Source of the DNA: Candidatus Nitrospinota bacterium M3_3B_026
Lineage (GTDB): Bacteria; Nitrospinota_A; UBA7883; JBPRGF01
Length of the DNA: 64,000 nucleotides
NCBI GenBank assembly: GCA_051418015.1
Contig: JBPRGF010000033.1
Location: 64,001 to 128,000 of the forward strand
Direction: 5' to 3'
Shown here: in pieces, positions 57,467 through 64,000 of the stretch
Numbering within the stretch: the stretch's first letter is position 1
Layout: every line of letters starts with the position of its first letter
Notes under the pieces: generated by a model
The model's input: only the letters and a program-made list of their open reading frames with translations
What the model was told of the DNA's origin: nothing
The model's database searches: none
Position numbers and translations under genes: made by a program

Positions 57467-57817
57467 TGTCATCTGAGCCGCCCCTCGGTGTCATTCTGAG
57501 GCCCTTCGGCTCAGGGTAAACTCCCGCTGAAGAATCCCAACCCCCGTCCTTTCAGTGTCATGCTGAATTTATTTCAGCATTTCGCTTTACGCGGATCGAG
57601 ATTCCGGCTCGGGGGCCGGAATGACAGGCCGGGAGGAGCGAAATGTTATGATGAACTTGTTTCTACATTTAGAGCCTCGTTGGCCCGAGGCCCTGAAACA
57701 ATTTCAGGACGACAGGCTGGAACATCCTGAACCGCCCCGCGATGTCATCTTGAGCCGAAGGCGAAGGATCCCATTGTTCCATCCCATACGAGACTTTTCG
57801 CTGCGCTCAGAGTGACA
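57467..57817. repeat. Cluster of TGTCAT...TGACA REP-like palindromic repeats
   Basis: Units begin at 57467, 57489, 57556 and 57743 (tgtcatcttgagccgaaggcgaaggatccc). Inverse units end at 57626, 57714 and 57817. Same family as 29322-29872. Confidence 0.8.
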
Positions 57818-57953
57818 ATGCTTCGCTCGCCGCGAGACTTTTTTGCTCGCCGGGGTGTCATTCACCCAGGCATTTTCCCCCAGTCCTCAGGCTGAAGAAG
57901 ACCCCGCGGAGCCTTGGGCCTGCGGCGCGCCGGGCGAATGTTAAGATAGAACC

Positions 57954-59039
57954 ATGAGAAAAAGGAAGACGATCATCGCCATGAGCGGCGGGGTGGACAG
58001 CTCTCTTGCCGCGGCGCTGTTGAAGGAGAGCGGGCACGACCTCGTGGGTATAACCATGAGGGTGTGGGATCCGCCACCCGGCGCCGAGGCGCGGCCGGGC
58101 TCCTGCTGCTCCATCGACGACGCCGACGACGCAAGGCGCGTGGCGGACAGGCTGAAAATCCCCCATTACACCCTGAACGTGAAGGCGGAGTTCAAAAGCC
58201 GCGTGGTGGACTATTTCATCGGGGAATACATGACCGGGCGGACGCCGAACCCGTGCGTCCTTTGCAACCAGTCGATGAAGTTCGACTGGCTTTTCCGGCA
58301 GGGCGCAAAGTTCGGCGCGGACACCGTCGCCACGGGCCATTACGCCCGGATCGGCGAGTTTGGCGGACGGAAGGTCATCATGCGCGGGGCCGACCCCGGC
58401 AAGGATCAGAGTTATTTTCTGTTCTCCACTCCGCCTGAGAAGCTTTCGAGCATCCTGTTCCCGCTCGGCGGGCTCACGAAGGGCGCCGTCCGCGCGCTGG
58501 CGGCGGAGCGGGGCCTCGGCGTTTCGGAAAAGCCGGAGAGCCAGGAGATATGCTTTGTCCCCGATGACGATTACACCTCCCTGATCGCCGCCGCGCCCGG
58601 CGGGGGGGCGGTGGGGGATGGGGAGATCGTGAACACCAGGGGCGACATCCTCGGGCAAAGCCGCGGATACCCCTATTACACCGTCGGCCAGAGGCGGGGT
58701 CTCGGCGTCGCCGTGGGGGAGCCCGTCTACGTCACGGCGATAGACCCCCGTGAAAACCGCGTGGTGGTCGGCTCCCGGGAGGAGGTCTACGGCTCCGCCC
58801 TGCTGGCGGAGGACGTGACCTGGAGCATCCCGCCGGAGGAGGCCGCGGGGCTCGATCTTGCCGCCAGGATACGAAGCAGGGGCGAAGACACCCCCGCCAT
58901 GATCGAGCCTCGGGGACGGAACGGGGCGGTGGTGGAGTTCTCCGAGCCGGTATTCGCCATCACGCCTGGACAGGCGGTCGTCTTCTATCATGGCGACGTC
59001 CTCGTCGGGGGAGGATGGATCGAAAGGCGGCTCTCCTGA
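57954..59039 (+). CDS. mnmA: tRNA 2-thiouridylase
   Basis: AMSGGVDS, GRTPNPCVLCN, ATGHYA, KDQSYFL, ESQEICF, TVGQRRGLG, TPGQ. Confidence 0.96.
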   Translation: MRKRKTIIAMSGGVDSSLAAALLKESGHDLVGITMRVWDPPPGAEARPGSCCSIDDADDARRVADRLKIPHYTLNVKAEFKSRVVDYFIGEYMTGRTPNPCVLCNQSMKFDWLFRQGAKFGADTVATGHYARIGEFGGRKVIMRGADPGKDQSYFLFSTPPEKLSSILFPLGGLTKGAVRALAAERGLGVSEKPESQEICFVPDDDYTSLIAAAPGGGAVGDGEIVNTRGDILGQSRGYPYYTVGQRRGLGVAVGEPVYVTAIDPRENRVVVGSREEVYGSALLAEDVTWSIPPEEAAGLDLAARIRSRGEDTPAMIEPRGRNGAVVEFSEPVFAITPGQAVVFYHGDVLVGGGWIERRLS

Positions 59040-59040
59040 C

Positions 59041-59832
59041 ATGGGCGGGGATGTGAATCTTGCGGCGGCGCTGGCCGTCGCCCAGGACGCCGCGCGGCGG
59101 GCGGGGAGCATCCAGAGGGAATATCGCTCCAAAAACTTCTCAGTCCGCCACAAGGGGGAGATAGACCTCGTTACGGGGGTGGATATCGCCTGCGAAGAGG
59201 AGATCGTCCGCGTCATCCGGCGCGCCTTTCCTGACCATGACATCCTCGCCGAGGAGGAGGAGGCGACGGAGCGCGGCTCGCGTTACACCTGGCTCATCGA
59301 CCCTCTCGACGGGACGGTAAACTACGCCCACGGGTTCCCCATATACTGCGCGTCGGTGGCTCTGGCCGGCGGGAGGGGGCCCGTCGCGGGCGCGGTCTAT
59401 GATCCGGAGCGGGACGAGATGTTCACCGCGGCGAGGGGCGGCGGGGCCTTTTTGAATGGGGAGAGGATAAAAGTCTCCGGCGTGTCGAGGCTCACCGACG
59501 CGCTCCTGGCCACGGGGTTTCCCTACACGATAAGGACGACGGAGAAGAACAATCTGAAAGAGTTCGCGGATTTCGCCATGCGGGCGCAGGCCCTGCGCCG
59601 CCCCGGCGCGGCCGCCATCGACCTTTGCTATGTCGCCTGCGGCAGGCTGGAGGGGTTCTGGGAGTTTCATCTCAAGCCATGGGACATGGCGGCGGGAGCG
59701 CTGATCGTCGAAGAGGCGGGCGGAGAGGTGACCTCCTCCAGCGGATCGGCGTTCGACCCGTTCCGTCAGGATATCGTCGCCTCCAACGGCCTCGTGCACT
59801 CCGCCATGCTGGAGACTCTCGCCCTGCCGTGA
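59041..59832 (+). CDS. suhB: Inositol monophosphatase family protein
   Basis: DLVT, WLIDPLDGTVNY, RRPGAAA, LKPWDMAAG. Confidence 0.9.
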   Translation: MGGDVNLAAALAVAQDAARRAGSIQREYRSKNFSVRHKGEIDLVTGVDIACEEEIVRVIRRAFPDHDILAEEEEATERGSRYTWLIDPLDGTVNYAHGFPIYCASVALAGGRGPVAGAVYDPERDEMFTAARGGGAFLNGERIKVSGVSRLTDALLATGFPYTIRTTEKNNLKEFADFAMRAQALRRPGAAAIDLCYVACGRLEGFWEFHLKPWDMAAGALIVEEAGGEVTSSSGSAFDPFRQDIVASNGLVHSAMLETLALP

Positions 59833-59869
59833 TGACGGCGCTCGCCGCCCGCCGGGATCAAAGATATCG

Positions 59870-60283
59870 CTAGAAAGCGTTCCTTATGATCTCCACCTCG
59901 GGGCTATTGGCGCCGGCGAAGTCGACGGTCACGATGTCGAATCGGATCGACACGCCGCGCAGACCGTTCCTGGCCGAATATATACGCGCCGCCTGGCGCA
60001 GCCTCTCCGCGCGCTTGGGGCCGACGGCCTCAAGCGGCCTGCCGAAGGAGTGATCGGACCTTGTCTTCACCTCGACGAACACCAGGAAGTTTCCTTCCCT
60101 GGCGATGATATCCACCTCCCGGCGGGAGATTTTCGCGTTCCGCTCGATGATTTTATACCCCTGGGAGGCCAGGGATTTCGCGGCGATATCCTCCCCGCGC
60201 CTGCCGAGCCTCAGGTGTTCCGCGCCGCCTTCCCGCCCAGCGGTCAAAAGCCTGCGCAGCCTGTCCGCGAAATAGCCAAACAC
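59870..60283 (-). CDS. yraN: YraN family (UPF0102) putative endonuclease
   Basis: LGRRGED.A, EVDII, LVFVEVKTR, RFDIV, final NAF. Start uncertain. Confidence 0.88.
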   Translation of the reverse strand: MFGYFADRLRRLLTAGREGGAEHLRLGRRGEDIAAKSLASQGYKIIERNAKISRREVDIIAREGNFLVFVEVKTRSDHSFGRPLEAVGPKRAERLRQAARIYSARNGLRGVSIRFDIVTVDFAGANSPEVEIIRNAF

Positions 60284-60302
60284 GAGCCCGGCGCCCCTTC
60301 CG

Positions 60303-60953
60303 TCAACCCTTCCAGGTAAGCTCCATCTGCCCGTCCATCGCCTCCCGCTCCTTCGCGGGCAGCCTTTCCCGCACGCCCCTGAAGGTTTTTCGGTGGGCGG
60401 GGCACGGGCCATGCTTTACGATCGCTTCGAGGTGCTCTGCCACGGCGTAGCCCTTGTGCCGGTCGAAGCCGTATTCCGGCCAGGCCAGCGCGAGCTTTCG
60501 CATGATCATGTCCCGCTCCACCTTGGCCACCACCGACGCCGCCGCCACGGACAGGGAGAGCGAATCGCCCTTGACGAGCGTCCGCTGCGCCCCGGCCCAT
60601 TTCACGGGACGGTTCCCGTCCACTATCACGTAATCGGGCCGCGGCGAAAGTTTTGACAGAGCGCCCTCCATCGCCATGAGGGACGCTCTCAGTATGTTCA
60701 TGGAATCTATGACCTCGGGCTCGACGATGAAGCTTGCCGCGCAGACCGCCTTTTCGTGGATAACGCTGTAAAATTGTTCGCGCTGGTTGGCGGAAAGCTT
60801 CTTGGAGTCCGTCAGCCCCGGCAGGGAAAAACCATCCGGCAGGACGACCGCCGCCGCCACCACGGGGCCGGCAAGAGGCCCCCTGCCTGCCTCGTCCACC
60901 CCGGCTATGACGGAATGCCCCAGCCTTTTGGCTTTATTCTCAAACCGCAGCAT
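60303..60953 (-). CDS. rnhB: Ribonuclease HII
   Basis: AGVDEAGRGPLAGPV, DSKKL, VDGN, KGD, AAASVVAKV.RD, HKGY, HRKTF. Confidence 0.96.
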   Translation of the reverse strand: MLRFENKAKRLGHSVIAGVDEAGRGPLAGPVVAAAVVLPDGFSLPGLTDSKKLSANQREQFYSVIHEKAVCAASFIVEPEVIDSMNILRASLMAMEGALSKLSPRPDYVIVDGNRPVKWAGAQRTLVKGDSLSLSVAAASVVAKVERDMIMRKLALAWPEYGFDRHKGYAVAEHLEAIVKHGPCPAHRKTFRGVRERLPAKEREAMDGQMELTWKG

Positions 60954-61065
60954 CGCCACAAAGCCTAGCACGCCCGGAACTCTGTTTCCACGAAAAGCTT
61001 TCCGCCGCTCCCCCGCCCCCCGATGATGTTGAAACCCGCCAGCGAAACGGATAAATTCTAGACGT

Positions 61066-62853
61066 ATGCGAAGTGTCATTCTTCTCTTTCTCACCGTGGC
61101 GCTGGCCTCTACGTCATACGCGGGGGAGGGCTTGAAACTGTCCGCGAAAGCGGAGCCGGACCGCCTTCCGCCAGGAGCCGAGCTGCGCCTTGTCATCACC
61201 GTGGAGGGAAAGGGCGCGGCGGACACCCCGGAGCCTTCACTGCCGCGCCTTAAAAACTTCGAGATCGTCGGCAAGTCCACCAGCCAGAGGTACTCCATAG
61301 TCAACCTGGAGACGAAAGTGACGAAAACGACGGTGTACCGGCTTCGCGCCCCCAGGGAAGGGAAGTTCGAAATACCCCCCGTCACCCTGGAGGCGGACGG
61401 GAAGACGTACAAGTCCGATCCGGTGGAGGTCGTCGTGGATCCCGGCGCGCCCGCTCCGAAAGGGCCATCGACGGCGAGGCGCGGACCCGGTTCGATCTTC
61501 CCCGATTTCGGAGGGTTTTTCCGCAGGGACCCTTTCCCACACAGGACGATGAAGCTTGAGAAGGACGACCTTTTCGCCACCATGGAGGTGGACAAGACGG
61601 AGGTTGTCCCCTTCGAGATGATTACGGCCACGTTCAGCTTCTACCGCGCCGTGGATATCTGGGACAAGCCGGGATATCAGAAGCCGGACTTTGAGGGCTT
61701 CTGGGTGGAGCAGCTGCCCTTCCCCGGCGGTGAAAAGGAAAAGACCGTAGTGGAGGAGGTGGACGGCAAGACCTACCACGTGAACAGGATGCGCTACGCC
61801 CTGTTTCCCATAAGCGAGGGGGAGAAGCTGGTGGACTCCGCCGTGGTCTCAGCGCAGGTGGACCCTTGGTCGGACAGGGTGGAGCGGGCCACCGCGCCCA
61901 TACTCGTGAATGTTCGTCCCTTCCCGCGGGGAGCGCCCGAAGCCTTCGACAACATGGTCGGAAGGTTCGAGACCGAAAGCGATCTGGGGGCTGAAAGTAT
62001 CCGTGTGAACGACGGCGCAACGCTGAAGATCACGGTTTCGGGCGAGGGATACTTAAAGCCCGCCCCAGCGCCAGCGCCCCCCGCCGCCGATGGTCTTGAT
62101 ATTTTCGATCCCAAAATAGCCGACACCGTGGACAAGTCCGGCGGCGTCATCCTCTCAAAGAGGGTTATCGAGTACCCCATCGTGGCGCGGGAACAGGGGA
62201 CGAGGACCATCCCGCCGACAACCTTCGCCTGGTACGACCCCGAAGCGGGGCGGTATGTCACGCGGCGGACAGAGCCTTTGGATGTGAAGGTTCTGCCCGC
62301 GGGGGACACGCCGTCCGCTGGAGACCATGGCGCCGCGCCGGACCACGTGAAGGCGGCGGAGGGGCTTTTTGACATAAAGCCGGACCGGACCGCCCTGCCG
62401 GACTGGAGCGCGCCTCCGCACAGACGATGGGGCCTGTGGCTGATCGCGGTCGTCATCCCCGCCGCCGTGATCGGCGCCGCGTGGGCCGTGGCAAGGCGCA
62501 GAGACGGCCTTCTGAAAGACCCTGTCCGCGCAAGGCGATCCAGCGCGGCCACCCGGGCGCGCCGGGCGCTGGCGGAGGCGGAGAGGGTGGAGAACACGCG
62601 GGAGTTTTTCGCCGCTCTCGACGTGGCGGCCCGCTCGTACCTTGCGGATAAATGGAACATGTCCGCCCCGTCCATAACGAAAGATATAGTAAAAGGGCGG
62701 ATCGCCGAAAACGGCGACGGTCTGCGGGATTTGGTGACGGAATTTTTCGACATGGTGGAGCGCGCCCGCTATGCCCCTTCCATGGACGGGGACAAGGAAG
62801 AAGGGTTGAGAGCCGCAAGAAGGATCATAGATCGGATGGAGGCCGTGGAATGA
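61066..62853 (+). CDS. BatD-family protein
   Basis: Signal peptide; Ig-like repeats, 'GFWVE', 'YALFP', 'P...F...VG.F', 'WYDP..G.Y'; late TM. Confidence 0.82.
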   Translation: MRSVILLFLTVALASTSYAGEGLKLSAKAEPDRLPPGAELRLVITVEGKGAADTPEPSLPRLKNFEIVGKSTSQRYSIVNLETKVTKTTVYRLRAPREGKFEIPPVTLEADGKTYKSDPVEVVVDPGAPAPKGPSTARRGPGSIFPDFGGFFRRDPFPHRTMKLEKDDLFATMEVDKTEVVPFEMITATFSFYRAVDIWDKPGYQKPDFEGFWVEQLPFPGGEKEKTVVEEVDGKTYHVNRMRYALFPISEGEKLVDSAVVSAQVDPWSDRVERATAPILVNVRPFPRGAPEAFDNMVGRFETESDLGAESIRVNDGATLKITVSGEGYLKPAPAPAPPAADGLDIFDPKIADTVDKSGGVILSKRVIEYPIVAREQGTRTIPPTTFAWYDPEAGRYVTRRTEPLDVKVLPAGDTPSAGDHGAAPDHVKAAEGLFDIKPDRTALPDWSAPPHRRWGLWLIAVVIPAAVIGAAWAVARRRDGLLKDPVRARRSSAATRARRALAEAERVENTREFFAALDVAARSYLADKWNMSAPSITKDIVKGRIAENGDGLRDLVTEFFDMVERARYAPSMDGDKEEGLRAARRIIDRMEAVE

Positions 62854-63596
62854 AATCTCTGGCCGCCGCGGGGCTTGGCGTCTTCGTTCTCCTGGCGAGC
62901 GTCTCAGCGAAAACCACCGCCGGGACGTACAACGAGGCCAACAGGCTGTACAGGCAGGGCGAGTATGACCAGGCGCTGAAGCTTTATAATTCTATTGGCG
63001 TGGTGAACCCCGATGTCGAGCACAACCGTGCCATGGCATGGCTCAGGTCGGGCGATATCGGCAGGGCGATGGTCCACTTCAACAGGGCCAAGAGGCTCCG
63101 CCCCGGCGACGAACAGACCACCGCGGCCCTCGAGTATGTCCGGTCCGTCAAGCGGGACAGAGAGCCGAAAAGCGGCGGTTCGGCGCTGGCCGCCGCGGCC
63201 GGGTTGTTGTACGCTCCCTCGTTGTTCGCCCTGGAGTGGGCCGCCGCGGGGCTTTGCCTGTTGTCTTCCGCATTGGCCGCGGGTCTGATGCTCGCCCGGC
63301 GGCCTTCCCGCGGGAGACGGTTTTCAAGAGCGCTGGCCGTCTCCCTGGCGCTTCTCGCGGCCTGTGGGGCGGTGACGGCGTTCAGGGCCGTTCAGTTCGA
63401 AAGAGGCGCCCTGGCGGTTGTGCTGGCGGACGAGGCCGCCGCCCTGGCGGAGCCTTCGAAGGCGGCGAAAAAGGTGTTCGCCCTCCACGAGGGGACGGAA
63501 GGGATTACAGGCGAAACGCGGGACGGTTTTGTCCTGTTTACCCTTCCTTCCGGCCTGAGCGGGTGGGTGGAGAAGTCCAAGCTTGAGAGGGTGTGA
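62850..63596 (+). CDS. BatE-like TPR + SH3 membrane protein
   Basis: N-terminal TPR, 2 TMs, C-terminal 'FALHEGT...GWV'; overlaps the batD-like stop. Confidence 0.8.
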   Translation: MKSLAAAGLGVFVLLASVSAKTTAGTYNEANRLYRQGEYDQALKLYNSIGVVNPDVEHNRAMAWLRSGDIGRAMVHFNRAKRLRPGDEQTTAALEYVRSVKRDREPKSGGSALAAAAGLLYAPSLFALEWAAAGLCLLSSALAAGLMLARRPSRGRRFSRALAVSLALLAACGAVTAFRAVQFERGALAVVLADEAAALAEPSKAAKKVFALHEGTEGITGETRDGFVLFTLPSGLSGWVEKSKLERV

Positions 63597-63749
63597 GGCC
63601 AAGGCTCCCTTCGGAGCGCTTATTGTCTCCTGCCTGAAAAAAGGGGCGCGTTTGCGTCAGCGCTGCTGTTGGCATAGAATATCTTAACGCTGGGCTCATA
63701 TTCAAAAACACCGGGCGCGCGCAAGACGGGCCGGTTTTTTTCGAGCGGG

Positions 63750-64000
63750 ATGGATAAGGCAGTGGGAACAAACGCCGACAGATCCTGTCTCGTCTGGGCC
63801 ATCGGCGGCGCCAAAGGGGGCGTGGGCAAAACACAGACGGCCGCCGCCCTGGGCGTCATCATGGCAGGGGAGGGCAGGCGGGCCGCCGTGCTGGACGCGA
63901 GCCTGGACGCTCCCGGGCTCCATACCGCCATGGGAATGAAAAGACCGGAAAGGGGTCTTTCTGACTTTTTCCTTGGCAGGGTGGAGACGCTGGATGAGAT
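63750..64000 (+). CDS. MinD/FlhG/ParA-family ATPase (partial, runs off the window)
   Basis: My translation: MDKAVG...WAIGGAKGGVGKTQTAAALG...VLDASL; deviant Walker A KGGVGKT. Confidence 0.82.
   Translation, partial: MDKAVGTNADRSCLVWAIGGAKGGVGKTQTAAALGVIMAGEGRRAAVLDASLDAPGLHTAMGMKRPERGLSDFFLGRVETLDE

Noticed and set aside
57467..57817. Possible CRISPR array
   Set aside because: The repeats are degenerate, occur in both orientations with irregular spacing, and no cas genes are nearby.
63669..63686. sigma54-like TTGGCAT upstream of the minD-like gene (similar partial hits near 26572 and 16550)
   Set aside because: No GC at the -12 position with correct spacing.

Overview
GC-rich bacterial chromosomal window; the lineage cannot be fixed from sequence alone. 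The main feature is a + strand island of about 29 kb (16.7-46.0 kb) that looks like an extracellular electron transfer system. It encodes a parvulin PPIase, an outer-membrane beta-barrel, four triheme c7-like cytochromes, two paralogous helical proteins, two NHL lipoproteins, an 11-heme cytochrome with an OmcE-like N-terminus, a CcsB/CcsA pair, TPR/Sel1 proteins, an output-less PAS/GAF sensor, a HAMP kinase with a sigma54 regulator, a monoheme cytochrome, two propeller proteins and a hepta-/di-heme module. The core gene order resembles the 'Uet' (undecaheme electron transfer) cluster, in an expanded form. A separate OmcE-like pentaheme gene (56.5-57.4 kb) sits behind a full sigma54 promoter architecture (-24/-12, IHF site, paired TTCTC-N6-GAGAA-type boxes), and the same box recurs inside the island. 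I count 38 CXXCH motifs in 9 genes. Also present: a Fur-boxed FTR1 operon with unusual partners, a GIY-YIG gene with an in-frame TGA flanked by REP-like repeats, two candidate structured RNAs, an HK/HD-GYP signalling cluster, and housekeeping genes (selB, pcm, Fpg/Nei glycosylase, nfi, queH, kamA-like, split fumarase, mnmA, suhB, yraN, rnhB, batD/E-like, minD-like, partial fwdA/fhcA-like). All family calls come from reading motifs by eye, not from database searches.
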